This document shows, one piece after another, positions 29,609-37,377 of a stretch of DNA of 43,511 nt (its first letter is position 1; each line of letters opens with the position of its first letter). Below the pieces are notes generated by a model. The model had not been told where the DNA came from, searched no databases, and saw nothing but the letters and a program-made list of their open reading frames with translations. The translations under genes and the position numbers were made by a program. The stretch covers positions 1-43,511 of the forward strand of contig JBGFRZ010000067.1 of NCBI GenBank assembly GCA_041694835.1, in the 5' to 3' direction. The DNA comes from Ignavibacteria bacterium. GTDB lineage: Bacteria; Elusimicrobiota; Endomicrobiia; PHAN01.

Positions 29609-30802
29609 ATGAAATATCCATTTGGCACGATAACTATAACCGATAAAACAAAACAACTTGTAAACGATGTTTTACAATCCGGCAGGATTTCCGGCGGTAA
29701 ATATGTAAGAGAGTTCGAAAAGGAATTTGCAAAACTCATAGGGACAAAAGAAGCGGTTGCGGTATCGTCGGGAACGGATGCAGACGCACTTGCCCTTGCC
29801 GTGCTTTACGATTACGGAGCGCAAAGAGGCGACGAAGTGCTCGTCCCCGCTCTGTCTTTTGCAGCCACCGGGAATGCCGTTTTGCAGGCGGGGTTTATCC
29901 CAAAATTTGTAGATGTGGAAAGAAACACTTTAAATATCAATCCGTCCAAGATAGAAGAAAAAATCACATCCAAAACAAAAGCGATAATGCCGGTCCATCT
30001 CGTGGGAAAACCTGCTGATATGGACGCAATAAATCAAATAGCACACAAACATAAATTACTTGTGGTCGAAGACGCCGCAGAAGCTCAAAGCGCTCTTTAC
30101 AAGGGGCAAAATATCGGTGCTCTCGGCGATATGGCAGCATTCAGTTTATACATTGCCCATATTATATCTACTGGTGAAGGCGGAGTGGTCACTACCAATA
30201 ACTCCGATTATGCCGAAATTTTGCGGTCGTTGAGAGCGCATGGAAGGGCATGCAAATGTGATGTCTGCATACTTAATACGGGCCGGGGCGGTTGCGATAA
30301 AAGATTTAAATCTAACACCGATATAAGATTTATTTTCGAACGAATTGGTTATTCGGCAAAAATGAACGAACTTGAGGCGGCCATAGGTCTTGGTTATCTT
30401 GATATATATCCGGAGATATACGAGAAAAGAAGCCATAATTTTTCTTATATCAGAGAAAAATTCCGGCAATTCAGTCCGTATTTATTGACCATAAATCCCG
30501 CCCCTTATGAAGAAATGGCACCTTATGCGTTTCCGGTTATTTTATCGCAGGGATTGAAATTTACGCGAGACGAGTTCATTGCCTATTTGGAATCCAACGG
30601 CATAGATACAAGGAGTTTGTTTTTGTCGATGCCGACGCAGTGCCGGGGTTTCGAATTTTTGGGACATAAACTCGGCGAGTTCCCGGAAGCCGAATATGTG
30701 GCGGACAACGGATTGCATATCGGCATACATCAGGATATTACCGAGGAGCACATTGATTACTTCATATGGCTTGTTGAAAAGTTTCTCGGGATAAAAATAT
30801 AA
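29609..30802 (+). CDS. DegT/DnrJ-family PLP/PMP enzyme, probably an E1/RfbH-type NDP-4-keto-sugar 3-dehydrase
   Basis: SSGTDA and EDAAEA motifs. FSLYIAHIISTGEGG has His at the usual Lys position. Cys cluster HGRACKCDVC..GGCDKRF. Confidence 0.8.
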   Translation: MKYPFGTITITDKTKQLVNDVLQSGRISGGKYVREFEKEFAKLIGTKEAVAVSSGTDADALALAVLYDYGAQRGDEVLVPALSFAATGNAVLQAGFIPKFVDVERNTLNINPSKIEEKITSKTKAIMPVHLVGKPADMDAINQIAHKHKLLVVEDAAEAQSALYKGQNIGALGDMAAFSLYIAHIISTGEGGVVTTNNSDYAEILRSLRAHGRACKCDVCILNTGRGGCDKRFKSNTDIRFIFERIGYSAKMNELEAAIGLGYLDIYPEIYEKRSHNFSYIREKFRQFSPYLLTINPAPYEEMAPYAFPVILSQGLKFTRDEFIAYLESNGIDTRSLFLSMPTQCRGFEFLGHKLGEFPEAEYVADNGLHIGIHQDITEEHIDYFIWLVEKFLGIKI

Positions 30803-30911
30803 AATCCCCCTCAGTCCCACTTTTGCAAAGGGGCTAAATCCCCCCGCTTCGCCCCCCTTTAGTAAAGGGGGTAAGAGGGGGATTTGAGATAACCGAAGGA
30901 GTGTTAGAAGA
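30802..30911 (+). repeat. Composite REP-like repeat, copy 2
   Basis: AAATCCCCCTCAGTCCCACTTTTGCAAAGGGGCTAAATCCCCCCGCTTCGCCCCCCTTTAGTAAAGGGGG..GGATTTG..TAACCGAAGG; near-identical direct repeat of copy 1. Confidence 0.9.
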
Positions 30912-31858
30912 TGTCTACTCGACAATATAACATTTTAGTTACCGGCGGCGCCGGATATCTTGGGTCCGTGCTTGTGCCCCAGTTGCTCTCACTTGGCAAT
31001 CAAGTGACGGTGGTCGATAATTTTATGTATTCTCAGAATTCACTTCTGGATTGTTGCTGGAATAATAATTTTTCCGTTGTAAGAGGCGATGTGCGCGACG
31101 CAAATATAATGAGACCGCTTGTAAAGTCGGCGGATATAATAATTCCGTTGGCGGCACTTGTTGGCGCCCCTTTGTGCGATAGAGACAAAATCGCCGCAAA
31201 AACAGTCAACTACGAAGCAATCAAATTGATAATTGAAAATATCGGCAATGGACAAAGAGTCATTTATCCGACGACAAACAGCGGCTATGGAGTTGGCGCA
31301 AAAGACAAGTATTGCACCGAAGATACCCCGCTGAATCCCATTTCACTTTATGGTATAGTAAAAATGGAATCAGAAAAATTAGTGTTAAAACATAAAAATT
31401 CCATTAGTTTCCGTCTTGCAACGGTTTTTGGGGCATCACCAAGAATGCGGATTGATTTATTGGTAAATGATTTTGTCCATCGTGCCGTAACCGATAGATT
31501 CGTGGTCATTTTTGAAGGACACTTCCGTAGAAATTATATTCATATCAGGGATGTCTCGCGGGCGTTTATCCATGCAATAAATAACTTTGAAAAGATGAAA
31601 GGCGAGCCGTATAATGTAGGACTTTCCGAAGCAAATTTTTCAAAAATCGAATTGTGTCAAAGAATTAAAAAACATCTGCCTGATTTTGTTTATTTGGAAT
31701 CTGCCGTCGGAGAAGACATTGATAAAAGAGATTATATCGTCTCAAATGAAAAGCTTGAAAAAACCGGCTTTAAACCGGAATTCTCGCTGGATGACGGCAT
31801 AAAGGAGTTGATAAAGGGTTATAAAATAATCAGAAATTCTAAATACGGGAATGTCTAA
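30911..31858 (+). CDS. Extended SDR, GDP-heptose C4 oxidoreductase-like (resembles Campylobacter Cj1427)
   Basis: TGGAGYLGSVL, ADIIIPLAALVGAPLC, TNSGYG, FRLATVFG.SPRMR.DLLVNDF, HFRRNYIH and DKRDY.VSN; similarity is from my recall of the Cj1427 sequence. Confidence 0.8.
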   Translation: MSTRQYNILVTGGAGYLGSVLVPQLLSLGNQVTVVDNFMYSQNSLLDCCWNNNFSVVRGDVRDANIMRPLVKSADIIIPLAALVGAPLCDRDKIAAKTVNYEAIKLIIENIGNGQRVIYPTTNSGYGVGAKDKYCTEDTPLNPISLYGIVKMESEKLVLKHKNSISFRLATVFGASPRMRIDLLVNDFVHRAVTDRFVVIFEGHFRRNYIHIRDVSRAFIHAINNFEKMKGEPYNVGLSEANFSKIELCQRIKKHLPDFVYLESAVGEDIDKRDYIVSNEKLEKTGFKPEFSLDDGIKELIKGYKIIRNSKYGNV

Positions 31859-31869
31859 AAACTTAGCGA

Positions 31870-31889
31870 AATTCGGTTAATTCGTGGTT
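31870..31889. repeat. Right half of an AACCACGAATT/AATTCGTGGTT element
   Basis: AATTCGGTTAATTCGTGGTT, identical to the right end of the 42101-42163 copy. Confidence 0.65.
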
Positions 31890-31895
31890 AACTGT

Positions 31896-32888
31896 ATGAA
31901 AGAACGAAAAATTAAAAAAGCGCTTATTACGGGAATCAGCGGTTCAGGCGGAAGTTATCTCGCGGATTATATCGTTGAAAACCACCCGTCGGTAAAAGTC
32001 CACGGCATCTCACGTTGGCACAGCACCGCGTCCAACAAAAATCTTGCCCAATCGGCAAAGAAAATTATTTTGCACGAATGCGACTTAATGGATTTTAGTT
32101 CAGTGCTGAATGTTTTGAAAGAGATAAAACCCGATGCGATTTTTCATCTCGCTTCTCATGCAAATGTCCGGGCGTCGTTTATCACTCCGCTTGCGGTTCT
32201 TGACAACAACATAATGGGAACTGCCAATTTTTTTGAAGCGGTTAGGATCGCCGGTATTGACCCGATAATACAACTCTGCAGCACTTCAGAAGTTTACGGT
32301 CAGGTTGACCCGAAAAATGTGCCTATCAAAGAAAACTGTCCTCTCAATCCGTCAAGTCCCTACGCCGTCTCAAAAGTTGCCCAGGACTTATTGGGTCTGA
32401 CATATTTTAGAAGTTATGGAATGAAAATTATAAGGACTCGGATGTTTGCTTATATAAATCCCCGACGGGAAGATTTATTTGCTACCTCATTTGCTATGCA
32501 GGTTGCAAGAATTGAAGCGGGCATCCAAAAGGTTTTGTATCACGGAAATTTAGATTCAGTCAGAACGCTGATTGATGTCAGAGATGCGATGGAGTCATAC
32601 TGGGTTGCGACGGAAAAATGTAAATTTGGCGAAGCGTATAATATCGGAGGCGCAACTGTGTTAAAAGTCGGCGAATTTCTTGAAGAGTTAAAAAAACTCA
32701 GCACTTGCAAAATCCCGACGAAACCCGACAAAAAATTATTCAGACCCGCTGATGTAACGCTCCAAATTCCAGACACTGCGAAATTTACCAAACAAACCGG
32801 CTGGAAACCAAAATATAGTTTTCAGGAGAGCGTCCGATTTTTACTTGCTCATTGCAGAAATGAAATAAACCCCGTTAGAAATCTCTGA
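31896..32888 (+). CDS. GDP-mannose/GDP-heptose 4,6-dehydratase-like SDR
   Basis: LITGISGSGGSYLA, HLASHANVRASF, STSEVYG, SPYAVSK, GNLDSVR..DVRDA and RPADV; ATG 31896. Confidence 0.85.
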   Translation: MKERKIKKALITGISGSGGSYLADYIVENHPSVKVHGISRWHSTASNKNLAQSAKKIILHECDLMDFSSVLNVLKEIKPDAIFHLASHANVRASFITPLAVLDNNIMGTANFFEAVRIAGIDPIIQLCSTSEVYGQVDPKNVPIKENCPLNPSSPYAVSKVAQDLLGLTYFRSYGMKIIRTRMFAYINPRREDLFATSFAMQVARIEAGIQKVLYHGNLDSVRTLIDVRDAMESYWVATEKCKFGEAYNIGGATVLKVGEFLEELKKLSTCKIPTKPDKKLFRPADVTLQIPDTAKFTKQTGWKPKYSFQESVRFLLAHCRNEINPVRNL

Positions 32889-32949
32889 TGGTTACGAAAA
32901 TCGTTAAAACTTTTAATTATCTTTAAGAACCCCATAATTTCTAACGGGA
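32870..32949. mobile_element. 80-bp MITE-like element with CCCGTTAGAAAT/ATTTCTAACGGG terminal inverted repeats
   Basis: Perfect 12-bp inverted repeat (32871-32882 and 32937-32948), flanked by TAAA on both sides. Confidence 0.8.
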
Positions 32950-32958
32950 TAAAAAAAT

Positions 32959-33864
32959 ATGCGAGGATGTAATTCTGGAATAATTCCAAACATTGCCAAA
33001 TCTTTGGGAAAAGACACATTGCTCGAGATTTTCCGTAGGATATGTTTTGTCAGATACTTTGAACAAGGCGTAATTAGAGCGGTTGAAGAAAAACTTATTA
33101 CCAATTTCGTATATCTCTCGTCGGGAGAAGAATCAATCTCTGCATCAATCTCGTTAGTAATTCCTGAATTTATGATTTTTGCACAGCATAGATGTCATGC
33201 CGTATATTTAGCGTTCGGCGGAAATCCTGAAAAATTGCGAGATGAATTATTGGGATTGCCAACTGGAACAAGCGGTGGTCGGGCAGGGTCAAATTGTATT
33301 CAATGTCACGACAATAACATAACTATGTTTGGGCATCACGGTCTGATTGGCGAAAATGTGCCACAGGCAGTTGGTGCGGCATTAGGCAGTGGAAAGGCGG
33401 TTGTAACTTTTTTTGGAGACGGTGCCGCAGAGGAAGATTATATATATCCTGCAATGGGATTTGCAGTGACTCATAAGTTACCGGTGCTATTTGTTTGCGA
33501 AGATAATAATTTATCTATTTTAACCACACTTAAAGTAAGAAGAACATGGAGTGTAACCAACGTGGCAAAATCACTAGGAATGCCGGCCATTGATATATCG
33601 GACGACCCCTGGACAATTTACAAAAAAACACAAGAACTAAAAATAAATCTTCCTGCTTTTATCAATATCTATACCTGTAGAATCTACTGGCATAACAGCA
33701 TCGGTATTGACGGTCCACCTGAATGGGATAGACTCCAAATTGTAAAGGGTGACCTGAAAAAATTAGGGCTTTCACGACAGTCAGAAAAAATTGAAAATGA
33801 AATAAAACGAACAATGAAAGAATTATGGGACATAAAACTGTTGCAGAAACTATTAAAGAGATAA
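32959..33864 (+). CDS. TPP-dependent dehydrogenase E1 alpha-like subunit
   Basis: YLSSGEE, QHRCH, SGGRAGS and the TPP motif FFGDGAAEE..FVCEDN. Confidence 0.88.
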   Translation: MRGCNSGIIPNIAKSLGKDTLLEIFRRICFVRYFEQGVIRAVEEKLITNFVYLSSGEESISASISLVIPEFMIFAQHRCHAVYLAFGGNPEKLRDELLGLPTGTSGGRAGSNCIQCHDNNITMFGHHGLIGENVPQAVGAALGSGKAVVTFFGDGAAEEDYIYPAMGFAVTHKLPVLFVCEDNNLSILTTLKVRRTWSVTNVAKSLGMPAIDISDDPWTIYKKTQELKINLPAFINIYTCRIYWHNSIGIDGPPEWDRLQIVKGDLKKLGLSRQSEKIENEIKRTMKELWDIKLLQKLLKR

Positions 33865-34718
33865 CAAGAAAACATTTGACTGAAAACAACGGACTGGTTT
33901 TAGGTGAGTGTTTGTCTGCTGTCGGCTGGGTTAATAATACTGTGCCCGACTGTCCAGGAATAGTTGAACTGCCGATGACAGATGTTGCAGGTGCTGGTAT
34001 TGCTGTTGGAACCGCATTAGTAGGCCGACGACCAATTTTCGTTATTAGATTCCAGGATTTTCTTATTTTAAATGGAAGTCCTCTGATTTTTTTTGCAGCA
34101 AAAACAAAAGAATTGCACGGTGTGCCGGCACCAGTTTTTGTAAGAGCAATCGCTGCAGAAAATTTTGGTCCTGTTCATTCCGGCGTTTTACATAGTATCT
34201 ATATGCATTTCCCTGGTTTTCGTGTATGTTCACCTATGACACCAAAAGAATATAAAACAGCGTGGGACGATTTTATGCAACACGATGACCCGTTTTTTTG
34301 CAGTGAACACCGCACCAGTTATCTAAATGCGGAAGAATTACACGATGTAATTAAAAGAAATGCAGATATAACATTGTATCCAATATCAGCAACCAGATTT
34401 GAAGTGACTAAAGCAACACAATTGTTAGAAAAAGATGGTATAACTTGTAATGTTATTCATATTGTTTGGTTAAAACCATTTGTTATTGACGAACGGTTAA
34501 CTGAACCATTAAGTAGGACAAAACTTGGATTAGTTATAGATGCTGGCTATGAAATAGCAGGCGCTTCGCAATCAGTCGCATATCAATTAAATCAAGCAAC
34601 CGGATATCCTGTAAAAGCGTTGGGACTTTATGACAAAACAAAATGTTTGTGCGAGCCGCTAAGAAATTCTACACCTGATGCAAAACGGATTTATGAAACA
34701 GTGAAAAAAATGATGTGA
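33825..34718 (+). CDS. TPP-dependent dehydrogenase E1 beta / transketolase pyrimidine-binding subunit
   Basis: ELPMTD..GIAVGTALVGRRP, GPVHS, PGFRVCSPMTP and DDPFFCSEHR; overlaps the alpha subunit gene. Confidence 0.82.
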   Translation: MGHKTVAETIKEITRKHLTENNGLVLGECLSAVGWVNNTVPDCPGIVELPMTDVAGAGIAVGTALVGRRPIFVIRFQDFLILNGSPLIFFAAKTKELHGVPAPVFVRAIAAENFGPVHSGVLHSIYMHFPGFRVCSPMTPKEYKTAWDDFMQHDDPFFCSEHRTSYLNAEELHDVIKRNADITLYPISATRFEVTKATQLLEKDGITCNVIHIVWLKPFVIDERLTEPLSRTKLGLVIDAGYEIAGASQSVAYQLNQATGYPVKALGLYDKTKCLCEPLRNSTPDAKRIYETVKKMM

Positions 34719-34724
34719 AAATAA

Positions 34725-34834
34725 AACCACGAATTTCTCTAATTAAGCGAATTATTATTTTCGTGACTTTTGTCTCCGCTATCAATTAGGGGATAAAGGG
34801 GTGTGTATTTTCGTAAAATTCGTGTAATTCGTGG
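34725..34834. repeat. AACCACGAATT..AATTCGTGG element with a nested AAAGGGG-type fragment
   Basis: AACCACGAATTTCTCTAATTAAGCGAATT ... TTCGTAAAATTCGTGTAATTCGTGG; internal TTAGGGGATAAAGGGG. Confidence 0.8.
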
Positions 34835-34851
34835 ATAAAAAGGAGATTTTT

Positions 34852-35361
34852 ATGAAACGCGCAGTAATTATTACAGGACCTAATTTTCAGGATGAAGAGT
34901 TTATCTATCCTTATTATCGTCTTCAGGAAGCAGGTTTTATAGTTGATGTTGCAGTCAAAAACAAAGAAATGATAAAAGGAAAATATGGATTACCGGTAAA
35001 ACCCAACAAAGATACTATTGAATTGAAGGAAGGGGATTATGACTTAGTAATACTTCCCGGTGGCCATGAGGCGCCCGATAGAGTTAGACAAATCAAAGAA
35101 GTATTGGATTTTGTAAAAGCAATGTACGAGAAAGGTAAAGTTATTTCAACGATTTGCCACGGCCCATGGATTTTGATTTCAGCAGGTATTGTTAAAGGTA
35201 AAAAAATTTCCGGCTATATCGGAATAAAAGACGACATAATTAACGCAGGCGCAGAATATATAGATGCCCCTGTGGTTGTAGACGGAAACATAATTTCATC
35301 TCCACATTACAAATATAACGGTGACTGGATGCGTGAAACACTTAAAAAATTTGGAACGTAA
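34852..35361 (+). CDS. PfpI/DJ-1 family protein (type 1 glutamine amidotransferase-like)
   Basis: FQDEEFIYP, LPGGHEAPD, ICHGPW and VVVDGNIISS; AGGAG SD before ATG 34852. Confidence 0.92.
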   Translation: MKRAVIITGPNFQDEEFIYPYYRLQEAGFIVDVAVKNKEMIKGKYGLPVKPNKDTIELKEGDYDLVILPGGHEAPDRVRQIKEVLDFVKAMYEKGKVISTICHGPWILISAGIVKGKKISGYIGIKDDIINAGAEYIDAPVVVDGNIISSPHYKYNGDWMRETLKKFGT

Positions 35362-35364
35362 AAA

Positions 35365-35639
35365 ATGATGAACACAGATACAAAACAAGATGGACATTGA
35401 TGAAGTAATTGTGTTTATCTATCAGTATCGGAATCCCAATAATTAGGACGCAGATGAACGCAGAAATGTCATTCCAGCGAAGGCGGGAATCCAGAAAAGA
35501 CAAATGGATTTCCGATAGAGGCATTCGGAAATGACACTTCGTGTCATCTGCGATAATTCTGAAAATTTGCGTCCTAATCACGAAAGTTAGAAATCACGAA
35601 AAAAGTTCTTAAATTCGTGTTTTCATGTAATTCGTGGTT
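35365..35639. repeat. Mosaic of nested palindromic elements
   Basis: Empty CACAGAT element (35365-35429). ATTAGGACGCA/TGCGTCCTAAT element (35442-35578) enclosing a TGTCATTCC..GGAAATGACA hairpin (35467-35536). AATCACGAA/TTCGTGGTT element (35576-35639). Confidence 0.85.
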
Positions 35640-35649
35640 AAAATTTATT

Positions 35650-37377
35650 ATGAACATGAACGATAAAATCTATGTAGCAGGTCATACAGGTTTGGTTGGT
35701 TCGGCAATAATTAGACAACTGATAAAAAACGGATTCTTAAATATCATAACATGCAATCGGTTGGAATTAGACCTCTGCAACCAGGAGCAGGTAAAAACAT
35801 TTTTTGAACGAGAAAAGCCCGACTATGTTTTTTTGGCGGCTGCGAAAATGGGCGGCGTTTTTGCAAATAATACCTATCGTGCTGATTTTATTTATGAAAA
35901 CTTAATGATACAAACTAATGTAATTCATCAATCATTTTTGAATGAAGTTAAAAAACTGCTGTTTTTAAGTTCTGCGGACGTCTATCCCAAAAATTATCAA
36001 ATACCAATGAAAGAAGAACATTTATTAACAGGCACACTTGAAGATACCTGTGAACCTTATGCTGTTGCTAAACTTGCTGGCATCAAATTGTGTGAGTCAT
36101 ATAATCGTCAATATGGAACTGATTTTATAGTTGCTATTGCACCTAATGTTTATGGACCCCATCAACATTACGATATACTCAATGCCCAAGTCGTGCCTTC
36201 ATTGATAAAAAAATTCCATGATGCAAAAATATCAAATTCTGATGAAGTTATAATTTGGGGTACAGGGAGTCCGGTGCGGGATTTTCTATTTGTAGATGAC
36301 CTCGCAGATGCCTGTATATTTTTGATGCAAAATTACTCAGGGACCGATTTTCTTAATATCGGCACCGGAAAAGAATGCAGTATTTTTGAATTAACGGAAA
36401 CAATAAAAAAAGTTGTCGGATATAACGGCAAAATTATTTTTGATAGAACAAAACCAGGCGGTGCCGCTAAAAAACTTTTAGATATATCTAATATAAAAAA
36501 TCTGGGATGGAGTGCAAAGACAGATTTAGTGGATGGAATTAAAATTGCTTATCAATCATTTTTAGAAGAGATAGAAAAAAAGGAAATCAGAACTTCAAAA
36601 ATACACAACATTAAGTTATGCGAAAAAGATACGCTCGCTTTCAACCGAATAAAAACTACGAGCAAAGCTCTTGATGCCAATATTCAACCGGAAAATTACA
36701 AAAACAAAGTGGTTCTAAAACCTTGGGGTTATGAATTTCTGGTGTTTGAAAATAATGAAACGTCCGTATGGCTTTTATACTTAGAAAAAGGCAATTCAAC
36801 CTCTATGCATTGTCATTCACAGAAAAAAACATCATTGATTATTCTCTCCGGCAAAGCAATGAGTAATACTTTTTTATCTCGCAATTACTTAAAAGGCGGC
36901 GATGCGATAATTATTGAAAAAGGCGTATTCCATTTTACAAAAGTTCTCTCGGACAATGGATTGTTTCTGTTAGAAATTGAAAATCCCCCGAATAAAACTG
37001 ACCTCGTCCGGCTTGAAGACAGATATGGCAGGGTTACTTACGGATACGAAGGCATAACAGAAATGCAAACACAAAATCTTGAAAACTATAATTATTTTTA
37101 TTTTGAAGAATCGAAGACATATAAAAAATATGTTCACAACACCGATAGATTCGTTATTAAGTTCGAAGTGTTTACGAACAATGAGGAATTTTTACAACAT
37201 TTTCAGTTAGCAGAAAATGGCCTTTATACCGTTTGCAAAGGCAAACTACTGGATGACGAAAACGACATGTTGTTAGACACCGGCGACACTCAAAAAACAG
37301 AAGTGTTGTCAACTGTTAAAGAAATAAAAATTAGTGAAAAAACAGTTCTGTTAAAAACAATAACAAGAGACAAATGA
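35650..37377 (+). CDS. GDP-L-fucose synthase (Fcl/GMER)-like SDR fused to a C-terminal cupin domain
   Basis: KIYVAGHTGLVGSA, YVFLAAAKMGGV, YAVAK and WGTGSPVRDFLFVDDLA, then KPWGYE..SMHCH..GVFH..DLVRLEDRYGR. Confidence 0.85.
   Translation: MNMNDKIYVAGHTGLVGSAIIRQLIKNGFLNIITCNRLELDLCNQEQVKTFFEREKPDYVFLAAAKMGGVFANNTYRADFIYENLMIQTNVIHQSFLNEVKKLLFLSSADVYPKNYQIPMKEEHLLTGTLEDTCEPYAVAKLAGIKLCESYNRQYGTDFIVAIAPNVYGPHQHYDILNAQVVPSLIKKFHDAKISNSDEVIIWGTGSPVRDFLFVDDLADACIFLMQNYSGTDFLNIGTGKECSIFELTETIKKVVGYNGKIIFDRTKPGGAAKKLLDISNIKNLGWSAKTDLVDGIKIAYQSFLEEIEKKEIRTSKIHNIKLCEKDTLAFNRIKTTSKALDANIQPENYKNKVVLKPWGYEFLVFENNETSVWLLYLEKGNSTSMHCHSQKKTSLIILSGKAMSNTFLSRNYLKGGDAIIIEKGVFHFTKVLSDNGLFLLEIENPPNKTDLVRLEDRYGRVTYGYEGITEMQTQNLENYNYFYFEESKTYKKYVHNTDRFVIKFEVFTNNEEFLQHFQLAENGLYTVCKGKLLDDENDMLLDTGDTQKTEVLSTVKEIKISEKTVLLKTITRDK

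Noticed and set aside
30542-30925. Minus-strand 127-aa ORF containing PPLLKGG
   Set aside because: Translation of the REP-like repeat plus antisense of the dehydrase gene.
35342-35581. Minus-strand 79-aa ORF (LDSRLRWND)
   Set aside because: Read-through of nested palindromic repeats, not a credible protein.
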